DNA of 64,000 nucleotides. Source: an uncultured Clostridia bacterium (GTDB taxonomy: Bacteria; Bacillota; Clostridia; TANB77; CAG-508). Location: positions 3,100 through 67,099 of the forward strand of contig CANQEM010000002.1 of assembly GCA_947594935.1 (NCBI GenBank), in the 5' to 3' direction. The notes under the pieces are model-generated. The model did not search any database. It saw only the letters and a program-made list of their open reading frames with translations, and was not told the DNA's origin. Positions 8,277-17,343 of this stretch are shown here, in pieces (positions within the stretch are counted from its first letter, which is position 1; each line of letters starts with the position of its first letter). The position numbers and the translations under genes are program-made.

Positions 8277-9056
8277 TTACTTATCATCAAGTTTTTTTAT
8301 GTTCTTGTTTTTCTTAATGATTTCAATTCGCCTGTTTAAAATTTCTGTAATTTCCTTTGAATCAATAGTTGGGAAAGCTCTTTTTAAACGATATACGTTT
8401 TTATATAGCTTTCGCAAAATTCTTGTTTTCTTGATGTCTAATTTCTGCAATTCGTTCCTTGCTTTGTCTGTACTTACCGTTTTTATTTCTTCTAGTTTTG
8501 CTTTTATTTGTAAATTCAATTTTTCTATCTTTTCTAGTGCTAGTCCTAAGTTCTTCATCTTTGCAATTGTTGTTACACCATCAATTACTACTATTGTGAA
8601 TGCAGTACCAATAATTATGTATAAATATATGGAATTTATTCGGGATAATTCTGATTGTACAAATGGGTGTATGTATTTTATAAAGATAATTCCTAAAATT
8701 CCCCAACATATTGAGTTTGTTAAACAAACTCGTCCTTGTATATTAAATTTGTGGTCTGAATAGTCCCAATATTTTGTGTGTAAAAGTTTTTCTAATAATA
8801 CTCCTACTAGATATTCCCAAATTGTTAATATTATGAAACCCATGATGAATAGGAGAATAATATTATCTTTAAATCCCCTTAAAAACACATAGATAATAAT
8901 TGCTCCTATTCCATATATTGGACAAAATGGTCCCCTTAAAAAACCTGTGTTTATTAACTTTCGTTCACAAAAGCTTCTAAATATAGACTCCATGACCCAT
9001 CCTGCAAAAGAATATATCACAAAATAGGTTAATAGTTCAAATATTTCGTATTTCAC
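8277..9056 (-). CDS. Membrane protein of the 'putative ABC-transporter type IV' (CmpB-like) family with C-terminal coiled coil
   Basis: YSFAGWVMESIFRSF..GPFCPIYGIGA motif typical of that family. 5-6 TM helices. Confidence 0.55.
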   Translation of the reverse strand: MKYEIFELLTYFVIYSFAGWVMESIFRSFCERKLINTGFLRGPFCPIYGIGAIIIYVFLRGFKDNIILLFIMGFIILTIWEYLVGVLLEKLLHTKYWDYSDHKFNIQGRVCLTNSICWGILGIIFIKYIHPFVQSELSRINSIYLYIIIGTAFTIVVIDGVTTIAKMKNLGLALEKIEKLNLQIKAKLEEIKTVSTDKARNELQKLDIKKTRILRKLYKNVYRLKRAFPTIDSKEITEILNRRIEIIKKNKNIKKLDDK

Positions 9057-10003
9057 TTTTTAAACTTAACCATCCTTTCAGCACTTTGATTGTCTGAATT
9101 TGTTACTTCTATTTTCATTTTGTTTTCGCTGTTTTCTTTTAATGGGAATTCAACCTTGAATTCTTTTCCAGATATTTTTTGTCCATATTTCTTTGTTTCA
9201 TCTTCGTCTAGTGTTAGAACTATTTCTTGTAAGTTTGTTGCATCTGTTACTGTTATAACATATTTTGTATTGTCATCGTTTAAATGTACATCTATTACTG
9301 GTACTGGTACTCCTACTATTTCTTTGACTCTTGTTTCTGTATGGTTATCAACATCTACTACTACTATTGTTAATGTGTGGCTTCCACTTAGTACATCTAT
9401 TTCTTCATCAATTTCGTTGCTATCAATGTCAATTTGTTTTTCATCTTCTTCATCCCAACGGTAAGTCATGTATGCGATTTCTGTATCGCCTTTATATGTT
9501 ACTCTTACTTTGTTTTCTACTGCTTCTAGCACAATTTTGCTGTTTAGTTCATATCTCTTTGAATGTGTGCTTTCTTGATTTTGTGTGTCTGTTGCAGTTA
9601 TGTTCAAAATGTTGCTTCCTGTTGGTATTTGAATTTTTTGTTCTATATATGAACTGCCTTTTCCATTTAATGTTGTTTGTTTTCCATCATTCCATCTATA
9701 TACTACTTTATCTATTCCAATATTGCTTGTTACTGTTAATAGAAGTGTTGTATCATCATCTTCTAAATTTTCTACGGTTATTACAGGGTTTACCATTGCT
9801 GTTTCTCCCTTTGTTTCTCCCGCTTCATAAATAGCATACGAACCTGTTGCTACTACACATATTCCAAACACTAATAGAACAATTGCAAAAATTCTAGCTA
9901 TTCTTGCCATGTCTACGGGTGTAGATGTTTTATATGTTGCTTGACTTTTTTGTTTTGGTTGTTTTTCCGGTTTTTGCGAATTTGTTGCTAAAATCTGATT
10001 CAT
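9053..10003 (-). CDS. Membrane-anchored protein with three Ig-like/beta-sandwich repeats
   Basis: N-terminal TM anchor (IFAIVLLVFGICVVATGSYAI), then three repeats of about 85 aa. ATGA overlap with the next gene. Confidence 0.5.
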   Translation of the reverse strand: MNQILATNSQKPEKQPKQKSQATYKTSTPVDMARIARIFAIVLLVFGICVVATGSYAIYEAGETKGETAMVNPVITVENLEDDDTTLLLTVTSNIGIDKVVYRWNDGKQTTLNGKGSSYIEQKIQIPTGSNILNITATDTQNQESTHSKRYELNSKIVLEAVENKVRVTYKGDTEIAYMTYRWDEEDEKQIDIDSNEIDEEIDVLSGSHTLTIVVVDVDNHTETRVKEIVGVPVPVIDVHLNDDNTKYVITVTDATNLQEIVLTLDEDETKKYGQKISGKEFKVEFPLKENSENKMKIEVTNSDNQSAERMVKFKK

Positions 10004-10080
10004 TATTTCTACCTTTCCTTTCCTTTGAAAAAATTATATCACAGCTATTTTTAATTGTAAATAATTTTTTTGCAAAAAAT

Positions 10081-10111
10081 AAAAAGCTCCTATTTAAAAT
10101 AGGAACTTTTT
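10081..10111 (-). terminator. Rho-independent terminator after the 1774-aa surface protein gene
   Basis: Stem TCCTATTT / AAATAGGA flanked by A and T runs. Confidence 0.6.
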
Positions 10112-10116
10112 ACGTT

Positions 10117-13100
10117 TTATATAACAAATTTTCTAATTAGTGCAACTCCGGCAGCTAGTGTAGAAAGTACACTTACACCTAGAACATAATATACTTGTGC
10201 ATGACCTGTTTTTACTGATAACATAACTGGTGCATCGTCAATATCATCTTCTTTTGGTTTTTTGTTGTTTGGTGTAGAGTCTATATCTGGAATTCCTTTG
10301 TCGTTATAATCTTCTGAGATTTCTGCTGTGTTTGTTTTTAATCCCATGTTGTCTTCACGTTTTATCCATGTTAATAGTACTTCTACGTCTGCGCTTTCTC
10401 CTGGTTGTAATAGTCTATCTGCTAATAGATTTGTTGTTATAACATTATCACCTTTTTCTGTCCATCCTGGGTTTTCTGCTGCAATGAATTGTAAACCTTC
10501 TGGTATATAATCTGTGATTTCTTTTGCATATCCAGCTATATGTCCTTGGTTTGTAATTCTAATTGAATATCTGAATTTTACAGTTACGTTTGCTAGATTT
10601 TTTCTATTTAAATCAACTTTTACGATTGGCTCTGGATCCATTTCTGGTGTGTGACCTGTTTGTGTAACTGTTTGTTTTCCGTTTTCAATTACTATTGCTT
10701 GTGTTACCCATTTTCTTAGAGCTAAGTCAAATATTTGTGGTATGTTTTCTACTTGATTTTGAATTGATGAAATTTCTTCTTGATAACTATTTTTATTGAT
10801 TTTTACTTCTATTGGTTCTGTTATTCCGTCATATCCATCTGGTATCTTTGTTTCTACAATCCAATAGCTTGTGCTTACGTTGTCTGCATCATAGTCATAA
10901 GTTCCATCATCTTTTCTGTTTTCTTCACTTGTATAAGCATCTCCACCATATTGTAAACCTTTAATTCTAATGATACCATCTTTATCTGATGTTTCAGTTA
11001 AAATTGCGTTTTCATTTTTCTCTGCGTCTTCTTTGCTTGCATATACTGTGAATTCTGCTCCCTCTAGTCCAACTCGTTTGTTGTCTGAGTTATAGTATTT
11101 GAAAATTGTTACACCACCAGTATGAACTTCTGGTACTTCTGTTCTTTTCTTTCTCTTGTTTGTAGATTTATTTTTGAATTCTAATTCTGCTTGGTTTGGA
11201 ACTTGTTCTCCTAGTTCAGCTAGGATATTTCCATCTGCATCTTTTGCAAAAGTTGTGTTGAATTCTACACGTATTTTCTTACCAGCATTATTTAATATTG
11301 TATCAGATAATGTTGTTTTTTCTCCTTCAACATCTGTAAATGTTAGTTTTAATGTTCCAGATGAAGTTTTTTGACTTACTCCATTTGCATTTTCTTCAAA
11401 AGTTATAATGTAATCTGTTTCTTCTTGTAATTCAGCTACTTCTGTTTTGTTATCTACTATTGATACTTTGACATCTTTAATTCCAGTAAATTCTAATCTG
11501 TAATCAATATCATCAATAATATTGTAGATTTCATAATCTGCGATGTCTTCTGGGATGTCTGATTCTATAACCCATGTATGTGTTTCATCTGCATCATATC
11601 CTGAGTCTTGGTTTTCAACATCTTTTACACCTTTATGAATATCTGGTTCTTTTTTGATTACAACTTTTTCAAAATCGTCATCGTCTTCTTGCCATGTATT
11701 GTAATTTGGTTTGTCTTTTTCTTCTGGTTCTTGTAAATCATCTGGTGTAGAATCTCTATCATCTATTTCTTCTCCATGTTCGTCTTTGTCTTCTGTTATT
11801 TCTGCAATGTTTGTTTGAATTACATCTGGTTCAACTGTGTCATTTAACCTACACATAATTGGCACTTCTGCATAGTCTAATTTTAAACCATTGTTTAATG
11901 TTGGTGCATTTATTAAGTGATTTTTTAAGTAATCTGTGCTTATTTTTCTTGTTACTGGGTCATATTGCCAATTATATTGTCTGTTATATTCACTATCTAC
12001 ATAGTCTAAACCATCTGGTAAGTAATCAGTAATTTCTGACGCATATCCTGCTAAATCGCCTTCATTATATACTCTAAGCATATATACGATATAGTCATTG
12101 CTGTTAACAAGTAGTGGTTCTTTTGTGTGTTCATAAGTTGCTGTTGTAACATATTGACCATCTTGTTCTGTATTTAATTTTGATGTATCTACTTTTGGTT
12201 CTCTTGCATATTTGCTGTTATCTACTGTATCTCTAAGTTCTTCACTTTCTTCTATTTTGTCATCTTCACTTACTGCAATAATGAATTTTCTTAAAGCTAA
12301 GTCAAATTCTTGTACTTTAATTAAGTCATAATCTTCATCGTCTTGATATTTTGATGGGTCTTTTTTACCTTCCCAATTTTCTGGTTGAGAATCTCTATCA
12401 TCAATGTCTTCGTTGTTTTCATCTTTGTCCATTGTGATGGCTGCTTCGTTTCTGATAGTTGTTTTTCTACTATTTTCTGATACAACTCTCATATAGATAT
12501 ATAAATCTCTATAATCTGGGTTTTTCTCAGTTTCTGTATCTAAATAGTCTTTTGTTTTATCAAAAGGTTTTAATAGGTTTGCTGTTGATTGTGGTTGACC
12601 TTTTTCTGCGCCTTCACCTTTTGCTAAATCATCAGTTGTTATTTCTGTAATTTTTTGAGTTGTTTCATCAGTTTTTGATATATCCCAGTGTAATTGGTTC
12701 CATAAAATTGCTTCTTGTTCAACTTCTGACAATGTAGTGTCTTTTTCTATATCGTCATTTGTTACACCATATTTGTAAACAAATTCTAGTCCATCTGGTA
12801 CATCTTCTGTAACTTGTGCTGCATATCCAGCTAAGTCACCTTCATTATATACACGTAAACGATATTTTACAATGTCACCTTTTTTAACTAGTACTGGTAC
12901 TTTGTTCATGTTGAATTTTGCATCTGTTGCACCTGCTTTTAATTCATCTACATTAACTCCTAAAATTCTTTCCGGAACTTCTTCGCCATTTACTGCAAAA
13001 ATTGTTTTCTTTAATCTTAGGTCAAATTGTTTTGGTTGTAATTTTAATTTTTCAAAGTCATCATCATCTTCAAAACCTTTGAAATATGTATCTGGGTTTC

Positions 13101-15423
13101 CTAATTCTGTTGCATTGTTGTTATCTCCTGGGTTGCTTGAATGTCCATTATATGTTTCTTGTGTTCCAATTGTTGGTTCTGTTGATGGTAATGAGTCTGT
13201 ATCTTCACCTGGGTTTAATACTGTAATTCCATCTGCTGTGTTCTTTTCTTGTGAAATCCATGCTACGTTTGTTAATACAAGTTCTCTTTCTTCATCTTCT
13301 TTTTGTGTTACAGTACATGTAAATTCAATTGTTTCTGATGCTGGTACGCCACTGCCTGAATAAGCTGCAAGTGGGTCTGATTCACTGTTTCTTGTAAATT
13401 TAACTTTATTTTCTCCTGATAATGTTGTGCTATCTGCTGTCCATTTTGCTTTTGATGCTGCACTTAATTCTTTAAATTGTAAGCCTGTTGGTAATTTATC
13501 TATAATTTCTTTTGCAACACCTGCTCTGTCGCCTTCATTATATATTGTTATGTTGTATGTAACAACATCATTTTGTTCTACTAATACTGGGTCTTTTCTA
13601 TGTTTGTAATCAGCTGTGCCGTTTGTTGCTATTTTTGTTCCATCAATTGTTGGCTCTCTTTTAGCTGCTGTTCCTGTTAATACTGTTGTTCTTCCTGCTG
13701 ATTCTACTTTTGTAATATATTTTCTTAATGCTAAGTCAAAGTTGTATGGTAATAGTTGTAGTTTTTCAAAGTCATCATCATCTTCTTGTCCTGGGAAGTA
13801 ATGAGTTGAAGTTGATAAATCTGTTGATTTATCTGTTCCTCTATAATTTGGTAAATCGCTTGTATCTGGTACTGTTGATGGTAATGAATCTCTATCATCA
13901 CCTGTTCTTGTTATCTCGTTACCTGTTTCTGTGTTCTTTTCTTTTGATATCCAAGCTACGTTTGTTAATATTGTTGTATCTGTTTTTGATGGAGATTTTG
14001 TTACTTTACATTTGAAAGTAATTGTTTCTGAGCTTATGTTGTTTCCACCTGCATAAGCTGCAAGAGGAGTGCTTTCACTTTGTCTTGTGAATTTGATTTG
14101 TCCACCTTCTGATGATGCAGTATATGTTACTCCACCTGTTGAACATGTTACTCCACCTTCTGCATAATATTCAAGTCCGTCTGGTAATTTATCTATAATT
14201 TCAGTTGCGATACCATTTGCATCACCTTCATTATATATTGTAATTTTATATGTGACGATACTTCCTTTTTTAACTGTTACTGGTTCTTTTCTGTGTTTGT
14301 AATCTGCTGTACCTTTTTGTGCTATTTTACTTCCATCTATTTGTGGAGTTCTTGTGTTTGGAACTCCTTGATTGTCTATATCTGTAATATATTTTCTTAA
14401 TGCTAAGTCAAAAACATGTGATGGTGTTACGATAATAACTGGTTGTGCTGACATATCTCCTGAGCATGTTAATAATGTAATTTGACTTTTTGGTGTTCTT
14501 CTTCCATCTCTATAATCTTGCCATCTTGCTTGTGCTGTTTCTACTAAATAATTGTATAAAGCATTAACTTGTTTTGATCTGATTTCTCCGTCGTCTTGTG
14601 TTCCTTGACTGCCATCATGTTTTTTCAAATAATCTGCAATTGCTGAATAGCTTACACCACTATTATTTGAAAAATCAAACCAACTTCCGTCTACATCTTC
14701 GCTATAGTTATTGTAAACATTTTGATAAGCTGGGCTATCATATTGAGTGAAATACCAGAAAGCTGCTTGTTGAATTGCATCTATCATTGAATCTGATAAA
14801 TAATTTTGGTCACTATCACTTAAACTATATATATTAGCGTCATTTAATAGCTTTTGTTTTTCTGTATCTGTTGAGCCACCTGTTGCTACTGGTTTTCCTT
14901 CTGCTCCCAAACTTCCTTTTACATATATTAAATCACATAATGCCATAATTGAATAATAAACTTGATCATGGCTTTGTGCAACTATGCTTTGTAAGTTAGT
15001 GTCTCCTGACCTTGCTATCATATCCGCTCTTTCTTTTACAAAGTCATATTTAACATCATATTCTTTAATTCTATCTTCAACAGTTGTTGATTGTTCTGTT
15101 CCATTAGAAAAGCCTACATCAGCTTTAACACAATAAAAGTTGGCATTATTGTTTAGTCCATCTTTTGCTATGCTGTTATAACTAACAATTTGCCATATTA
15201 TGCTTCCTTGCTTGTTTGCTAATGAGTCTCCTATTCCTGTTTTTGGATCGTTGATTGCAAATGCCAGATTTGCTTCTGGTTGTGAATTTGATCTTACTTC
15301 TTTTAGTCCTAAATATAGCTTAGGATTAAGTTCTGCTGCCTTAGCCATACTTGGCACTGCAAAAATCGCAATTAAAAATGTGATTACTGCTAAAATAATA
15401 CCTTTCAATTTTTTGTTCTCCAT
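10117..15423 (-). CDS. Giant surface adhesin: signal peptide, thioester-domain-like N-terminus, five DUF11-type repeat modules, Cna-B/SpaA-type domain, C-terminal sorting signal
   Basis: Signal peptide ending AKA-AE. FYCVKAD and AIQQAAFWYFT motifs. Repeated FDLALRK..Y.I.VYNEGD..EI.D.LP.GL modules. GGVTIFKYY..YWIVETKIPDGYD Cna-B-like domain. C-terminus MLSVKTG + TM + RK. Start at the ATG at 15421-15423 after GGAGAGG. Confidence 0.8.
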   Translation of the reverse strand: MENKKLKGIILAVITFLIAIFAVPSMAKAAELNPKLYLGLKEVRSNSQPEANLAFAINDPKTGIGDSLANKQGSIIWQIVSYNSIAKDGLNNNANFYCVKADVGFSNGTEQSTTVEDRIKEYDVKYDFVKERADMIARSGDTNLQSIVAQSHDQVYYSIMALCDLIYVKGSLGAEGKPVATGGSTDTEKQKLLNDANIYSLSDSDQNYLSDSMIDAIQQAAFWYFTQYDSPAYQNVYNNYSEDVDGSWFDFSNNSGVSYSAIADYLKKHDGSQGTQDDGEIRSKQVNALYNYLVETAQARWQDYRDGRRTPKSQITLLTCSGDMSAQPVIIVTPSHVFDLALRKYITDIDNQGVPNTRTPQIDGSKIAQKGTADYKHRKEPVTVKKGSIVTYKITIYNEGDANGIATEIIDKLPDGLEYYAEGGVTCSTGGVTYTASSEGGQIKFTRQSESTPLAAYAGGNNISSETITFKCKVTKSPSKTDTTILTNVAWISKEKNTETGNEITRTGDDRDSLPSTVPDTSDLPNYRGTDKSTDLSTSTHYFPGQEDDDDFEKLQLLPYNFDLALRKYITKVESAGRTTVLTGTAAKREPTIDGTKIATNGTADYKHRKDPVLVEQNDVVTYNITIYNEGDRAGVAKEIIDKLPTGLQFKELSAASKAKWTADSTTLSGENKVKFTRNSESDPLAAYSGSGVPASETIEFTCTVTQKEDEERELVLTNVAWISQEKNTADGITVLNPGEDTDSLPSTEPTIGTQETYNGHSSNPGDNNNATELGNPDTYFKGFEDDDDFEKLKLQPKQFDLRLKKTIFAVNGEEVPERILGVNVDELKAGATDAKFNMNKVPVLVKKGDIVKYRLRVYNEGDLAGYAAQVTEDVPDGLEFVYKYGVTNDDIEKDTTLSEVEQEAILWNQLHWDISKTDETTQKITEITTDDLAKGEGAEKGQPQSTANLLKPFDKTKDYLDTETEKNPDYRDLYIYMRVVSENSRKTTIRNEAAITMDKDENNEDIDDRDSQPENWEGKKDPSKYQDDEDYDLIKVQEFDLALRKFIIAVSEDDKIEESEELRDTVDNSKYAREPKVDTSKLNTEQDGQYVTTATYEHTKEPLLVNSNDYIVYMLRVYNEGDLAGYASEITDYLPDGLDYVDSEYNRQYNWQYDPVTRKISTDYLKNHLINAPTLNNGLKLDYAEVPIMCRLNDTVEPDVIQTNIAEITEDKDEHGEEIDDRDSTPDDLQEPEEKDKPNYNTWQEDDDDFEKVVIKKEPDIHKGVKDVENQDSGYDADETHTWVIESDIPEDIADYEIYNIIDDIDYRLEFTGIKDVKVSIVDNKTEVAELQEETDYIITFEENANGVSQKTSSGTLKLTFTDVEGEKTTLSDTILNNAGKKIRVEFNTTFAKDADGNILAELGEQVPNQAELEFKNKSTNKRKKRTEVPEVHTGGVTIFKYYNSDNKRVGLEGAEFTVYASKEDAEKNENAILTETSDKDGIIRIKGLQYGGDAYTSEENRKDDGTYDYDADNVSTSYWIVETKIPDGYDGITEPIEVKINKNSYQEEISSIQNQVENIPQIFDLALRKWVTQAIVIENGKQTVTQTGHTPEMDPEPIVKVDLNRKNLANVTVKFRYSIRITNQGHIAGYAKEITDYIPEGLQFIAAENPGWTEKGDNVITTNLLADRLLQPGESADVEVLLTWIKREDNMGLKTNTAEISEDYNDKGIPDIDSTPNNKKPKEDDIDDAPVMLSVKTGHAQVYYVLGVSVLSTLAAGVALIRKFVI
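13048..14412 (-). repeat. Intragenic tandem duplication (two most similar adhesin modules, each about 220 aa)
   Basis: Modules aa 344-560 and 568-798 share long identical runs (GTADYKHRK.PV, ITIYNEGD, EIIDKLP.GL, LTNVAWIS.EKNT, DSLPST, EDDDDFEKL). Confidence 0.7.
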
Positions 15424-15455
15424 CTTTAACCTCTCCTTCAAATTACTTTATTTAT

Positions 15456-15483
15456 ATTGTACAACTTTTTTAGCCTAAGTCAA
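15456..15483 (-). promoter_or_regulatory. Candidate promoter of the 1774-aa adhesin gene
   Basis: Minus strand: TTGACT (15478-15483), 16-nt spacer, TACAAT (15456-15461). Confidence 0.5.
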
Positions 15484-15761
15484 TACCTAATTTTCCCAAT
15501 TTTTCTTTGTCTTTTATGTATCCGTTATATGCACTTAGGGAAATAGATTTTTCAAATTTTGCTTAAAATATTAAGCCCTCATTACAATTATATTACATTT
15601 TTGTGACAAAATCAAGACTTTATGTGAATTTTGTTTATCTTTTTCACATTTGCGTAAGCTTTTAGTTGTTTTTTAATGTTAAAAAATGAAGTTTTTATCA
15701 TATTTTTTATTTTGTTTCATAACATCTAGTTAGGTATATATATGAAGGGAATTGTGATGAT

Positions 15762-16967
15762 GTGGTGATGAAACGCTCTATATTTAAGGCTTTTTGCGTA
15801 TTTTTTATCTTATCTTTTTTTCTTAGCTTCTCGGTTTATGCTGATAGTGATAGTCTTTCTGTTAATTCTCGTGCTTATGTAGTGATAGATAGAAATAGTA
15901 ATTCTGTTTTAATTGAAAAGAATTCAAATAAAAAAAGAAAGATGGCTTCAACAACAAAAATAATGACGGGAATTCTTGTTATTGAAAATAGCGATTTGTC
16001 TGAAACTGTTTCTATTTCTAGTAAAGCTGCTCATGTTGGTGGTTCAAATTTGAATTTTAAAGTTGGCGACAAAATTACTGTTAGAGATTTGCTTTTTGCC
16101 ATGTTGTTAAAGTCTGCAAATGGTGCTGCCGTAGCTCTTGCTGAACATGTTTCTGGTAGCATAGAAAATTTTGCAGATTTAATGAATCAAAAAGCAAAAA
16201 ATTTGAATTTATCAAATACTCATTTTGAAAATCCTCATGGTTTGGATAGTGATAATCATTATACAACAGCTTATGAACTTGCTTTGCTTGCAAACTATGC
16301 TATGAAAAATAGCACTTTTGCTGAAATTGTTGGGACAAAAACTTATACTCTCACATTAAATGGCTATCCTTTGACTATTAGCAATACAAATGAGTTGCTT
16401 GGTAATTTTGATGGGGTTTATGGTATAAAAACTGGTTTTACTAATGGTGCAAATCGTTGCTTGGTTTCTTGCTGTAAAAGAGGTAATCTTGATGTTATTT
16501 GTGTTGTGCTTGGTGCTGATACTAAGCAGTTTAGGTCTTCTGATAGCATGAAGTTATTAAATTATTCTTTTAATAATTTTGAGTTGACTGATATTTCTAG
16601 TATAATAAAAAAAGAATTTGAAAGTTGGAAATTAGAAAATGAGAATGATTTTATTGTTGATAAGGGTCTTTCAAAATCTTTTTCGTTTGATGTAAAGCTT
16701 ACGGAAATTTCGGTTTTGCCATTGGATAAGAATAAAAAATCTTTGTTAAATGTAAAAATTGATTGCTGTACACATCTTTTTGCTCCTGTTCAAGCTAATT
16801 CTTGCATTGGTAATGCGGTTTTGATGATTGGAGATGAGACAGTTCTTGCTACATGTCCTATTATTGCTACTGAAACAGTTCCTAAGAAAAATATTTTGCA
16901 GTATTTTTATGAATTTTTGAAAGACTATACATACTGCATAAACACTGCGTTCGCAAATTTTTCATAG
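15762..16967 (+). CDS. Serine-type D-Ala-D-Ala carboxypeptidase (peptidase S11, DacB/DacF-like)
   Basis: Signal peptide, SxxK (ASTTKIMT), SxN (KSANG), KTG (IKTGFT). The ATG at 15768 is an alternative start. Confidence 0.85.
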   Translation: MVMKRSIFKAFCVFFILSFFLSFSVYADSDSLSVNSRAYVVIDRNSNSVLIEKNSNKKRKMASTTKIMTGILVIENSDLSETVSISSKAAHVGGSNLNFKVGDKITVRDLLFAMLLKSANGAAVALAEHVSGSIENFADLMNQKAKNLNLSNTHFENPHGLDSDNHYTTAYELALLANYAMKNSTFAEIVGTKTYTLTLNGYPLTISNTNELLGNFDGVYGIKTGFTNGANRCLVSCCKRGNLDVICVVLGADTKQFRSSDSMKLLNYSFNNFELTDISSIIKKEFESWKLENENDFIVDKGLSKSFSFDVKLTEISVLPLDKNKKSLLNVKIDCCTHLFAPVQANSCIGNAVLMIGDETVLATCPIIATETVPKKNILQYFYEFLKDYTYCINTAFANFS

Positions 16968-16973
16968 GAATAT

Positions 16974-17003
16974 AAAAAAACACCATATTGGTGCTTTTTA
17001 TTT
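16974..17003. terminator. Bidirectional terminator between the convergent dac and acpP genes
   Basis: A7-CACCA-TAT-TGGTG-CTTTTTATTTTT. The stem is short, so this call is weak. Confidence 0.45.
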
Positions 17004-17255
17004 TTATACGTTTTCTTTTATGTAGTCTACTACATCTCCTACTGTTACTACTTTTTCTGCATCGCTGTCTGGAATTTCAATATCAAATTCTTCTTCGATT
17101 GCCATTACTAGTTCTACTATATCAAGAGAATCTGCTCCTAAGTCATCTATGAAAGATGCTTCTGTTGTAACTGCTGATTCTGCAACTCCAAGTTGTTCTA
17201 CAATGATTCCCTTTACTTTTTCTAATACTTCTTCTGAACTCATTTCCGAGTTCAC
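17004..17255 (-). CDS. acpP: Acyl carrier protein
   Basis: [25 protein letters not shown] with the phosphopantetheine Ser. Confidence 0.95.
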   Translation of the reverse strand: MNSEMSSEEVLEKVKGIIVEQLGVAESAVTTEASFIDDLGADSLDIVELVMAIEEEFDIEIPDSDAEKVVTVGDVVDYIKENV

Positions 17256-17343
17256 CTCCTCTCATGTAATATACATTTTCTATAATACCTTTATATTATA
17301 TGTTTTGTTTTTTGTCAAGTATATTTATAAAATATTTTAATTT

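Noticed and set aside
15484-15761. Large (about 320 bp) intergenic region between the adhesin gene and the dac gene, examined for a small gene or a forespore sigma-factor promoter
   Set aside because: It contains only ORFs of 10-15 codons without RBSs. A TCATA..GGTATATAT pair has an 11-nt spacing, which does not fit sigma-F/G spacing. It is a divergent promoter region only.
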